From Daphnia carinata (lineage: Eukaryota): DNA of 64,000 nt. The stretch covers positions 4,340,001-4,404,000 of the forward strand of contig NC_081333.1 in the NCBI RefSeq assembly GCF_022539665.2, given 5' to 3'. Shown here piece after piece: positions 52,201 through 63,553 of this stretch (its first letter is position 1; each line of letters opens with the position of its first letter). Made by a program: the position numbers and the translations under genes. The notes under the pieces were generated by a model. That model ran no database searches, had not been told where the DNA came from, and was given only the letters and a program-made list of their open reading frames with translations.

Positions 52201-54311
52201 TCGTATTTGTGGTCTTGCTTGGCCGACACGATCAACAACAAACCTGCCGATCCATCGGAGACCGCAATGAATCAACAAAACCCGATGTCTTCCGGCAAAA
52301 GGAAGTATCAACTAGCACAATTCAGAAAATTGGTATTCAATCCAGTTACTCTTGTCTGAATTTTAAACCAATTGAGAATGATCTTTGCCTTTAGCTAACT
52401 TGATTGCAAATGTTTGTGCAGATTACCAACGAGTTGCAATGGAGCAGTTTGTTCTATGATGACGACGAACAAATCGCCGACGAGCTATGGAAAATGAAGT
52501 ATCCCGAAAGTAACGAAATTCCACAAGAAGCGAAAAAAGAAATTATGCGAACAGCGGCGAAATGCAACATCTCGCCAGCTATTTGGTCGGAATTGCTGAA
52601 TTGGATGGGAACAAGCGCCGATTCAGTTCTACTTCACGAAGTAGTTCAAAGCCACGTTCCAAATGCTCCAAAAATTGCAGATATGCTTCTACAAAAATAT
52701 TTGTTGAAGGAAGAACAACTTTCTTCGTTTCATTTGGTGGCCTTTAATGAAGGAAGCTATGCATACGGTATCATGAAAATGCTTTTTGATAACAAAATAA
52801 TTCCAACCGTAACCGAAGATGGACTTACTCCGGTTCACATCGCAGCCCAAAATGAGTCGAATTGCGGATGGGCGATGTTAAAACTTCTCCTGGATAACGG
52901 AGCGGACCCAAACGCTCGTTTTCAAAACGGAACCACACCCGTCCACTGGGCCGTCATGAATCAAGGGAGGCACGCAGCCGAAATGTTAAAACTCCTACTC
53001 GATCGCGGTGGCGATAGCGATAAGATCGATGAAAATGGTCTCGAGCCAATTCACTATGCAACGTTGAATACTAGTGATTCTGCATTCATGCTGTTGGACG
53101 TGCTCCTTAAAAAACGAGGTGCCAACGCCACTGACAGCACTGGAAGAACGTTACTTCACTTTGCAGTGTTAAATGAAGGACATTTTGCACAAGAAATATT
53201 AAACAAATTGATTGAAAGTGGAGAAAACCCTAATGCCCGAGATGACAAGGGACGAACCCCCCTTCACTTAGCAACACGCGATGAAAAAATTCATCAACTT
53301 GAATTGATGCGAATTTTGTTACAAAACAGCGGCGATCCGAATGCTATCGATCAATCAGGATGGACACCTGTTCACTACGCAGCGGCTAGTGAAAACGAAG
53401 ATGCCCATGAAAAACTGAAACTTTTGTTAACTTGTAAGGAAAATTTAACTATTCAAGACAAAGACGGACTCACACCTATTCATTGTACCATCATCAATAA
53501 AGGCAAATGTGGGGACAAAATGAGAAAACTGGTGGGTGTAAACCCAGAAAAAACAAACGCACACCTCAACTGCAATGGTGAAACGCTTCTTCATAACCTT
53601 GTCAGTAAGAATGACGGTAAACTGGATCTTGTTCAAATGGTAATCGATAATGGAGGCGATCCCAACGCAACAGACAAGTTTGGACGCTCACCTGTTCACT
53701 CAGTTGTAAGGCTGAACGAGTCACTCGCGGGACTAAACATGTTGAGGTTGCTGCTTGAAAATGGAGGAAACGTTAACCTACAAGACAAGGCAAACCAATT
53801 CACACCTGTTCATTATGCGGCATCTAGTTTGAAACTGGGAGTACCTGAAAAGATGAAGATCCTCCTTAAAAGCGGCGGAGATGTAAATAAGCAGGGCAAT
53901 GACAGGATCACACCTTTACATTTAGCGGTTGGAAACTCGGGAATTTACGGACCTCAACTGACAAGAATGTTACTCAAACTTGAAGCTAATCCGAATGCTA
54001 TGGATACCCAACAGCGAACGCCTTTGCATGAAGCAATCAGAAATGCGCAAGATGACATTAGTTTTGACGCTATCCACCAACTGGTCGGAATGGGTGCAAA
54101 TCCGAACGCTCGCGATAGCAACGGATGGACGCCGATGCATTACGCCGTCCAACATAGAAGACGCAATTCGGTCAAAATGGTGGAGCTTCTGTTACAACAT
54201 GGAGGAAGCATGAAGATCAAAGACAATAAAGGGATGACGCCCCACCGTCTTGCCAAATGCTGCCTGCCCGAGTGCTTGCCTATTTATAAACGTCTAAATA
54301 ACGAAGAATAA
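49278..54311 (+). CDS. Tandem pseudokinase-kinase-ankyrin protein, copy 4 (apparently intact)
   Basis: Same 10 exons; GNGSFG, AACK, HKDLKLEN, DFG, APE in domain 2; ANK exon ~52422-54311. Confidence 0.82.
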
Positions 54312-56022
54312 CAAAATACCTTTTACAAAAGGTGGTACGGCAGTTGCTTTTTTAACGTAGTCATTCTGTATTACTAAAAAATTCAATCTTCATTATGCAA
54401 ATAAAAAGGAAAAAATTTCGCTAGGGTTGAATCAATAACACAGGACAACTGCTTTCTGATAAAACACAATTCCACGCTTTTCTTTCCTTTTGTTATTACT
54501 GTTACAACTTCGTGATTTCTGTTCTCAACTTTCTTCTCGTCATATTCTCACTTCAAACTGAAGGAATTAGTTCAGTAACGAATAGAACCGACTTTTTTCA
54601 AACAAATGCGAACAAAGGGAAACAAGGTCGAATGCCACGGGGAAAGGTTACCGGATTTCCACAATTAAAAAATAAATAAATTGTTTGGATGTACCTCGGA
54701 TATTGAATTTAAATTTTTATTTAAGGAGTAAGACAGATCACAGTAAATTAATACAACAATTATCTCTATATTATAATCCCCAATTGTACCAAATACGTTA
54801 CTGCTACACGCCTAACGAAAAAGAACTACCAGGCACGCCCACTAACCTTTCTGACGATGACTGATGAATTTTCCAACTTCCCAATAACAGCTTTCCCATT
54901 GAACCAGCTGTAACACTAAAACGCAAAAGGAATCGGTTTTTATGTCCCACAGCATCTTTTCACGTCACATCTTGCTTCTTAAAAAGTTATGCATCCACGC
55001 TTCTAACTAAACACCAGCATTGTACGTAACGTTTAACAACCATTGCAGTGTAACTGGCATAATATGAAGCACTGAAAAATTACGTCTGAAATTCTAATAA
55101 TGTAGAAATGCCCACTAACACTTTGACTTTAATTGTATCAATTAAATTCACTTGTCTAAAACATTTCAAAGAAATTCAACTACCCCACAGTGGCACAGCT
55201 ATCACCGTCAACGTCCAAAGATTGACTGATGCAGCGACTGTAGACGAAGAAAGAAAGCGGCCATTTTTTATTTTTGCTCACCCTTCCCTTTCTTCTTTCT
55301 AAAAACCTTGGAGTTTCTTGGAACTGTCGAAACAAAAAAGGGCCAAATAGCAAATGGCCAACGGCATGAAGGGAAAGGCAACCACTTGAGGCAATGTAAC
55401 TGATGGAGAAACTTAATTACCGGCAGTAAATGCCACCTTCAATTCAAATTATTGTCTCGCGTCGAAAAAGAAATCTGACTAGAACCCAATTCTTGTTCGC
55501 GTCAACACCCAATATCTAATACGGATGCTGTGGTTGTCAGTTTTTGTGGGCTTCCGTTACAATAATAGAGAACCATATATAGCAGACTCCACAAGAATCC
55601 GTGTCGTAGAGTACGATAGACGTTTCAATTTCAGTCTTTCTTCAACATTCTAAATGTGATAAGTTCTCTTCTTCGCTAGAAAAACTGTGTTTATTGGACT
55701 GTGAATTATTTCGATGCTTTCGGACTTTCTCATAAAACTATTCCACCAGTTTGATAGCGACTGTTTATGCATTCAAAAAGTTAGGATTTCTAACGCTGTT
55801 TTGTAAATGTCGTTAAGTGAATTGGCTTCGGTAATCGTGTTTATCTAAGTAACGTCGGTGAGACCTCTCTGAAAGCAGTGCCAAGTTGATAAATGATGAA
55901 TGGTTTTCAACAGTGTGATTGTTGAGTGGATTAGCATGCAGTTGGAAATAATTAACTGAACATTGGAATTATTATAATTGCATTTATTTGCACATCACCA
56001 AAGGATATTCCAAGTATCACAA

Positions 56023-58278
56023 ATGAATTGCAATAAAACGGATGGGAAAATCAAAATGAATTGCAATCATACAGAATTAGAAATCAACACGTCAAACTGC
56101 ACGAATACAGACGCATACGCTTACGGAATTTCAATCGACATTGGATGGTTTAACGAATGGATTGTCTGGGAAGGCGGAATTGCTTTCAACACTGTCTACT
56201 GGTTACTCATCTTACTCATTTCTTTCATCATTCTTTATCTTCTCCGCTGGAAACTCAATTGCCGGCTTCTCACCGAACGATTAGACGGACTTGAAGATCC
56301 CCCACCACCTGTGAAACGAGCCAGCCATTGGGTACATTTGCTGAATTTCTCCATCGATGAAGAAGCAATCGGCAAAGATGGATCCACTTTTCTCTGGTTT
56401 CAATATCGACTAATTCAAATCGAATTCCTTAGAATGGCTCTTGGTATCGTTTTGATTATCATGCATTTCCATAGCGACCAATTAGGTGAATGGCCTAACA
56501 AAACTCTGCGTTCTACGGGTCTTTACAATAGTGGCGTTAATGGGACTCACGGTGTTATCTGCAGTGCAATTCTAACAGTGTTGGCTTGGCTGATGAAGAA
56601 GCACGGACAACATCGTTGTATCCGCTCATTGGCCAGTCACGATGTCAATAGCAATTCGAGCATTTGTAATCGCAAATGGCTTATGATTACTGGACTTCCA
56701 CTTACCACCACTGTCGATTCGCTATTGGAATACTTGATGTGCACGTTTGAAAGCAGTTTTAGCGTCAAAGGAATTCACAGGGAACAGATTGTGATGGCCC
56801 ACGGTCTGAGTAAATTGCTGCCTGTGGTCGATCGCCTGGATTTGATTAGAAACGTTAAATTGCAGATAAACGGAAAGGCAAACAAAGGAAAGATTATTCA
56901 ACGAAGATTTTGGGATTTTAAATCTTACTTTAAAAAAATTGATGCCCTTTCTTATTACAACAAGATGGAAGAAATGCTCACGATAGAAAAGGACAAAATA
57001 ATCAACACATTGGAATTTACTGGAACAGTTTTCATACGTTTCGACAGCCCATCTGAAGCAAAAGCAGTTAAAATCGCCATCAGACGATACCAATCCAATT
57101 TGTTTTGGAAGAGGGAACAGCTGATGAACAATCAATTACAGCCATCTCGATGGACAGTTCGATATGCTCCGCCCGGCTCAGATCTCAGTTGGATCCATAT
57201 GAAAAAACCACGACCCATTTGGAAGACAATGGCAGTATGGCTCAGACTGGCTGTCAGTTATTCAATTTACGTATTCGTGATGGCCGCACCTGCGTCCATA
57301 GTCCGTTGGCTCCACCTGGAAGGCCACGGCCTGGATCACGGTTCAGTTTTTTGGAAGCGATTCGTTTTACCTACGATGGTCTCATTTTTTACCACTACAT
57401 TGACTAACTGGGTTACGCAACAAGATCAACACAGACGTCATTTAACTGTTACTAAAGCAAGTCTGGCCAGTTTTCGATCCATCTGCTTTTTGGAGATCAT
57501 TCTCTACCTGGTACGAATGATGGCCAGAAAACCCCTGCCTTTATTACTGGCGGGCGACTTCAATAGCGACGATTTCCGGCTAGAATGTCTCTTCTTCCCA
57601 GTGCATGGTAGTTTCGTGGCTTGTTGCATCATCGTCAACACCATCAGTGGAATATTACTGAATCATTTACGCTTCGATTTCCTCTGGTCTTATACAAAAA
57701 AATGGTTTACATTTCGATCTGAAGAAGAAAAGAATGTCTACATTACCTCGTATAGAGCCGAATACAATTTTGCATCCAATTACGCCGAACTAGTCAGCAA
57801 TTTCGCTCTGACGAGTATTTTTATCATGATATTTCCAGTGATCAGCCTAGTCTCGTGTGTCTTTTCGATCCTGCGATTCATAAGCGACAGAGCAGCGCTA
57901 ACCCAAATTTATCCCGTCAGTCAAATCGGTCACAATTTACATCGGGAATCGATTAATATGGTGCTGAGATTCGGAATTGCTTCACCATTGACCTTACTTA
58001 TCTATCGAAGAATTCAGCTCGGACCCAGTAGAAACCTACTTGATCCTGGCATCGTAGCTCCGTTGTGTTTAACGATCCTCTATTTAACGTATTTGGTTTA
58101 TGCTCACTTTAAATCGAGGGGTGCCCTGCCGAAATGGTTCCGCCGTTTGTTGAGACTCCGGCCGAGAAATGCACGTTCGAATGAACAGGACGTGATCGAT
58201 TCAATGAGCAATATCCAGAACGAGTATGATCCAGTAGCTCAAATTCGTGAAGACGCTCTGTGTAAAATTCAAGTTTAG
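56023..58278 (+). CDS. Divergent CSC1/OSCA/TMEM63-family multi-pass channel, paralog A, intronless
   Basis: GKDGSTFLWFQ, WLMITGLP, GTVFIRFDS, WTVRYAPPGSDLSW and YNFASNYA resemble family motifs (GxDAxxYLxF, AFVTF, APxPxDIxW, FxxxYA); many hydrophobic segments. First ATG is at 56023 (alternative 56056). Confidence 0.75.
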   Translation: MNCNKTDGKIKMNCNHTELEINTSNCTNTDAYAYGISIDIGWFNEWIVWEGGIAFNTVYWLLILLISFIILYLLRWKLNCRLLTERLDGLEDPPPPVKRASHWVHLLNFSIDEEAIGKDGSTFLWFQYRLIQIEFLRMALGIVLIIMHFHSDQLGEWPNKTLRSTGLYNSGVNGTHGVICSAILTVLAWLMKKHGQHRCIRSLASHDVNSNSSICNRKWLMITGLPLTTTVDSLLEYLMCTFESSFSVKGIHREQIVMAHGLSKLLPVVDRLDLIRNVKLQINGKANKGKIIQRRFWDFKSYFKKIDALSYYNKMEEMLTIEKDKIINTLEFTGTVFIRFDSPSEAKAVKIAIRRYQSNLFWKREQLMNNQLQPSRWTVRYAPPGSDLSWIHMKKPRPIWKTMAVWLRLAVSYSIYVFVMAAPASIVRWLHLEGHGLDHGSVFWKRFVLPTMVSFFTTTLTNWVTQQDQHRRHLTVTKASLASFRSICFLEIILYLVRMMARKPLPLLLAGDFNSDDFRLECLFFPVHGSFVACCIIVNTISGILLNHLRFDFLWSYTKKWFTFRSEEEKNVYITSYRAEYNFASNYAELVSNFALTSIFIMIFPVISLVSCVFSILRFISDRAALTQIYPVSQIGHNLHRESINMVLRFGIASPLTLLIYRRIQLGPSRNLLDPGIVAPLCLTILYLTYLVYAHFKSRGALPKWFRRLLRLRPRNARSNEQDVIDSMSNIQNEYDPVAQIREDALCKIQV

Positions 58279-58596
58279 TTGGGTGTTTTTAATTCAAAAG
58301 TTAATCTGTAAGCCAGGACAAGTTATAATACAAACAAATTTACATTTTGTGTTATCTCAAATTCATTTAAATATTTTATTACGTTTGATTTATCTTGTTA
58401 CATTTGTACATGTTGTAGTACAGTCTTTAAAATTAACCCTTTCCCTCTTAGAAAAAAGTTTCCTTCAGCTCCTTACGTAAGAAAATTGCGTAAACCCTTT
58501 CTCTCCAAAATACGCGTTCATTTGAATCTTTACGTGTGTATTATTCAAACCGTTTTCTTTCCCTTCACAATTGTTCCCAATTCGTAACGGCTTCAA

Positions 58597-58614
58597 AAGA
58601 TAACGCGTTATCTT
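58597..58614. promoter_or_regulatory. Perfect 18-bp palindrome AAGATAACGCGTTATCTT (inverted double GATA site)
   Basis: Read directly; ~140 bp upstream of the kinase-RhoGAP ATG. Confidence 0.55.
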
Positions 58615-58752
58615 GTTGCTTACAACTTTGTTATCTATGACTGACAGATTTACGTGCTAGATTATTTTAATGTAGATTTTATACTAGTTTGTCTTACACG
58701 ATTTTCTAGCCGTCACTTAGCGTTTCATTAGTGAACAACCAAATCGTTCGCA

Positions 58753-60609
58753 ATGGCTTTCTTAACCTCTTTACATCCAAAAACGTTAAACAAAAAAACC
58801 GGCACTTACTACGTGAAAAAGGACGTTCTCGGTGTCGGTAGTTTTAGCATCGTTTTTCGTGGTTCTCATCGCGGCCTGGATGTGGCTGTCAAACGAATCG
58901 AGTTGCATCGGCTGGATCCGGACGACCGTGAAGCCAAGTTGCAAATGAAACTCGAACACGAAAATGTTTTGAAAATCTTCGCTGTAGAAAAAGATGACGA
59001 TTACAGGTACATTTCAAAACATTTTCAAATGATGTTACGTGCTACATTTTATGGTTTATCAGGTACATTATATTAGAGTTGTGCGTTGGAACCCTTGACC
59101 AAGTGTATGAGAAGGGCAAAGTGTACGAAGGACCTGCCCTGCCACCTGATCAAACAGTCATTTACCAAATTGCTATGGGATTGGATTACATCCATTCGAG
59201 AAATCTGGTCCATCGCGACGTCAAACCGGACAATATTCTCATTTCCAAAACGGGTGAAATGAAACTATCTGATTTCGGTTTGTGCAAACAAATTTGCCCG
59301 AGGGAAACGTTCTCGATGAGCGGATTTAAAGGAACTGCGTCGTGGATAGCGCCGGAGCTTTTAAAGGCAGTCGATAATGAAGGACAAATTCAAATTAAAG
59401 GTACAACAAATAGCGACATTTTCTCAGCGGGTTGCGTGTTTTTCGTGTTCGTCACGCGCGGGACCCATCCATTCGGTGACGACCATATCGCAGTGCAAAT
59501 TAACATCCGCAATAATCAACAAGTCAACATTGACAGTGAGTGCATAGAACATAATTTCTTTTAAATTATTTTTGAATAACATAAACGAATTTTTTAAAGA
59601 ATTAGATTCAGATCATTTTACGAGCTCTGTCATACGTAAAATGATTGAACCTGAACCATCACGCAGAATGCCTCTCACGCAAGTGAAAGAATTGTTCAAA
59701 GCGATCCCGCGGAGGCTTCGCGGGCTTGGCTCTTTAGGTCAGAAGCAATTTTAAAAAATGCGAAATAAAAATTGTCTTTTAATTATTTAAGTTCTGATTA
59801 TAGGCTCGTTCAATGAAGTTGAAAATCGTAACACTACGAGCAACAAAGAAGGTATTCCACATACTCCGCCCGCGAGACGGCGCACGAAATCGATTCAAAG
59901 TGAAAGACGCAAACAATTGCACCATAAATTTCACGGAATCCATTTAAGCAGTTCACCTACCACCGATGCTGGGCAATTTTTCCCGATGGCCAAAGGAGCC
60001 ACGTTGGGAGTCCCGCTGGAAAATTGCCCGCGGTCCACCAAACACGAAAACATTCCAAAGATAGTCGAAGTGTGTATCAGCATCATCGAAGAGCACGGAA
60101 TGGACAGTGTTGGTGTGTATCGCGTTCCAGGTAACGTGTTGGTCGTCAACGATATCTCCGATTCCCTCAACAAAGGAGATTTCGATCAGTTACATCCGCG
60201 CGGGAATGAAGTCAACATCATCTCGTCCGTCATCAAATCATTCTTCCGCAAATTACCCGATCCATTAGTGACGTCAGAGTTTTACAGTTCTTTAATCGAA
60301 GCTAGCAAAATGGAACCGGAAGAATTCCGATTGACGGCCATCAAACAACTGGTGGAAGAATTACCCGATCCTCATTACTCGACGTTGCGTTACCTCATCG
60401 TTCACCTGTCTCGCGTGGCTCGTATGAGTAGTGTCAATAAAATGGATGCTCGGAATTTGGCTACAGTTTTTGGACCGACGTTAGTCAGGCCAGGTGATGA
60501 CAGTATGGCAACCATGATGGCCGACATGCCTTACCAATGTCGCATTGTTGAAATGCTGATCGACAAAGTGGACTTCTTTTTCCCACCGTCATCCAATGAC
60601 GCTGTTTAG
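58753..60609 (+). CDS. IRE1-like kinase fused to an ARHGAP21/23-like RhoGAP domain (exons ~58753-59006, 59063-59535, 59600-59737, 59804-60609)
   Basis: Kinase: LGVGSF, VAVKR, HRDVKPDN, DFG, GTASWIAPE, THPFG. Exon phases join in frame to a RhoGAP with GVYRVPG (arginine finger), KSFFRKLPDPL, NKMDARNLATVFGPTL. Confidence 0.8.
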
Positions 60610-60901
60610 CACTTCCCTGCCTATTTGAATAAAACCTTCTCAATCAATTGCTACCTCAAATTTTAAATACACTCAAATCGAATATCCATGTTCGTGCGAT
60701 CGTCCACAGCACCTAATCCCATTTACAATTGTACAGCCCATTACGCTCAATAAACTGTTGAATTATGTTTGATAAATGGACGTAAATTAAATACATCGAA
60801 ATGGTCATCTCTACTACATAATTTCCATTGGAAATCAATTGCAGATAGCGAAAACTGCGGCTTACTGACCAACGATTTTTAAACTATCGATAATTACAAA
60901 A

Positions 60902-63160
60902 ATGGATCGAATACGTTACGCGGAGAAAATGAATCAAACGTTGAACGCATCCGTAAATCCTGAACTACAGGTTAACACCTCCAATTGCTCCCGTCCAGAT
61001 GCTTACGACATTTCAATTGAAATTGGTTGGTTCAACGAATGGATTGTTTGGGAAGGTGGGATCGCTTTTCACGCTGCGTACTGGTCCATCATTTTATTCA
61101 TCTCATTTACGCTATTCTATGTCCTTAAATGGAAATTCAAATGGTGGTGCCTTTGTAAACGATTTGACGGAAAATCTCATCCCTCAATGCACGTGAAAAT
61201 GAGCTGGGCCAATTGGCTTCGCCTGTCCATCAACGAAGAGGCTGTCGGTAAAGATGGGGCTACTTTCCTTTGGTTTCAATATCGATTGATACAAGTTGAT
61301 GTACTCAGAATTGCTCTTGGCATAATCTTAATTATCATGCACTACTATGGCGACAAGCTGGGCGAATGGCCTAACAAAACTGTGCGTTCTACAGGACTGT
61401 ATAACATCGGAGTTAATGGCACTCACGGTGTTTTCTGCAGCGCTATTCTAACGATGTTGGCCTGGCTGATGAGACAGCACGGACACGATCGCTGCATCCG
61501 ATCATTGGCCAGTCACAACGTCAATAGCATTTCGAGTGTTTGTAATCGCAAGTGGCTCATGATTACTGGAATTCCACTTACCACCACAATCGATTCGCTA
61601 ATTGAATTTATGAAAAGTAGTTTCGATTTAAAGGGAATTAAGCGTGAGAACATCGTTATGGCCAAAGATGTTAGTAAACTACTGCCCGTTGTGGATCAGA
61701 TACATAAGATTAGGAATATCAAGCAACATTTAAATGGGCCAGCATTCATTCGACGTCCATTTTGGAAATTTTGGGATTGCCACTCTACTGACGATGTAGC
61801 TGACACAGTTATGCACGGACCAGAGTTTAAACAACATTTACCTGAAGAGAAGTCCAGTGATCAAATCGATGCTGCTACGTATTACAAATTAAAAGAAGAG
61901 GCTCTTTTGGTCAAAAAAGAGAGTCTCATCAATAATTCGGAATTCACAGGTACAGTTTTCATCCATTTCGACAGTCCAGCTGAAGCAAAGGCCGTGAAAA
62001 TTACGCTCACTAAACGCACATCCAATTGGTTTTGGAATCGTAACAGGGACGAAAATCCGGAATTCCAGCCGTCGCAATGGACCGTTCGATATCCTCCACC
62101 CAGCGCTGACATCAACTGGATCGATTTGAAAAAACCCCGCCCAATTTGGAGAACACTGGCACTCTATCTGCGATTGGCACTGACCTATTCTATTTACATA
62201 ATCCTAATGGCTGCACCGGCTAGTGTCATCCGCTGGCTCCATTTGGAAGGACATGGCTTGGATGAAGGTTCAATCTTTTGGAAGCGATTCGTGTTGCCAA
62301 CAATTGTATCTTTCTTCACCACCGAACTCACTGACTGGGTAACTGGGCAGGACCAACAACGACGTCATTTAACCGTAACTTCCATGTGTCTGGCCAGTTT
62401 AAGATCCATCTGCTATTTGAACATAATCCTGTACTTGATACGAATGTTGGCCATGAAACCGCTTCCCTTATTATTTGCTGGCAAATTTTACAGCCAGGAT
62501 TTCCGGCTGGAATGTCTTTTCTTCCCAGTGCACGGTAGTTTCGTTGCCTGTTGCATCATCGTTAACACGGCCAGCGGAATATTGATGAATCACCTGCGCA
62601 TCGATTGTGTTCTTTCTTATCTCAAGAGTTTGTTCAAATTCCGGTCGGATGCGGAACAAACGGCCTTTAAGGATTCGTACAGAATCGATTTCGATTTTGC
62701 CTCCAGTTATGCAGAATTGACAAGTAATTTTGCTCTGACCAGCTTTTTCATGACGATTTTCCCTGTGATCAGCTTGATTTCTTGCTCTTTTTCCCTCCTG
62801 AGATTTTTGAGCGATAGGACTGCTTTAACTGAGATATATCCTGTTAGTCACACTGGTCACGATTTACACAAGGAATCGATCAACATGGTGCTGAGATTCG
62901 CAATTGCATCACCTTTGGCATTGATTGTGTACCGACGAATCCAGTTGGGCCCTACCGTTCAATTATTGGATCCAGGTGTTGCCGCTCCTCTGTCTTTACT
63001 CATTCTGTACGTTACGTATCTGCTTTACGCTCAATTTAAATCAAGCAGGAAAAACGATTCCATTGAAGACGAGGAAGGTAATTCGATTCAAATGATGGCA
63101 CACGAATATGATCCAGTAGCTCAAATTCGAGCAGAGACACGTTTGGGGACTCAAGTTTAA
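60902..63160 (+). CDS. Divergent CSC1/OSCA/TMEM63-family channel, paralog B, intronless
   Basis: Full-length paralog of 56023-58278 with the same motifs; DRE-type TATCGATA at 60885-60892. Confidence 0.75.
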   Translation: MDRIRYAEKMNQTLNASVNPELQVNTSNCSRPDAYDISIEIGWFNEWIVWEGGIAFHAAYWSIILFISFTLFYVLKWKFKWWCLCKRFDGKSHPSMHVKMSWANWLRLSINEEAVGKDGATFLWFQYRLIQVDVLRIALGIILIIMHYYGDKLGEWPNKTVRSTGLYNIGVNGTHGVFCSAILTMLAWLMRQHGHDRCIRSLASHNVNSISSVCNRKWLMITGIPLTTTIDSLIEFMKSSFDLKGIKRENIVMAKDVSKLLPVVDQIHKIRNIKQHLNGPAFIRRPFWKFWDCHSTDDVADTVMHGPEFKQHLPEEKSSDQIDAATYYKLKEEALLVKKESLINNSEFTGTVFIHFDSPAEAKAVKITLTKRTSNWFWNRNRDENPEFQPSQWTVRYPPPSADINWIDLKKPRPIWRTLALYLRLALTYSIYIILMAAPASVIRWLHLEGHGLDEGSIFWKRFVLPTIVSFFTTELTDWVTGQDQQRRHLTVTSMCLASLRSICYLNIILYLIRMLAMKPLPLLFAGKFYSQDFRLECLFFPVHGSFVACCIIVNTASGILMNHLRIDCVLSYLKSLFKFRSDAEQTAFKDSYRIDFDFASSYAELTSNFALTSFFMTIFPVISLISCSFSLLRFLSDRTALTEIYPVSHTGHDLHKESINMVLRFAIASPLALIVYRRIQLGPTVQLLDPGVAAPLSLLILYVTYLLYAQFKSSRKNDSIEDEEGNSIQMMAHEYDPVAQIRAETRLGTQV

Positions 63161-63553
63161 CATGTGTGATTACCGACGTTAAACAATTAAATAAATCTGA
63201 TTCAAGAAATTTGGCTGTCTCTGTTTTGTTATTTCGTTAACACTTCAAAATTGTGGGGGCGTATTTTTCACAATATTTTAAAACGATATTTCTTTTACCA
63301 TGCATTCTCTGTCACTGAACTGAGTTAACGAAAAAAAAAAGAAAAGGAGGAAAAAGATCTTTTGGCGCAAACTGAAAAAAGAGTTATGGCAAGGTAATAG
63401 ACAAAGAAAGGTGAAAGGAATGGTGAAAATCATTAGTGAAAGATACCCAAGGCTGAATATCGGTATTAGAAAAGATTGGGGGAGTGGGTCGCTTTACACG
63501 ACACGTGTAAAGGGCACATCTTTTTCATTTATATAATACACATACAACTTAAT

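Noticed and set aside
25464..54311. Calling the array genes IRE1 or RNase L orthologues
   Set aside because: No luminal/TM domain, ankyrins are C-terminal, and no recognisable KEN catalytic motif; only family-level resemblance.
28579..54311. Ankyrin ORFs as bacterial (Wolbachia-like) insertions or stand-alone genes
   Set aside because: Each begins at a conserved splice acceptor in frame with upstream exons, and composition matches host genes; ultimate origin remains untested.
56722..57407. Overlapping and antisense ORFs within OSCA-like, kinase and ankyrin exons
   Set aside because: Shadow frames of real coding sequence; their recurrence simply follows paralogy.
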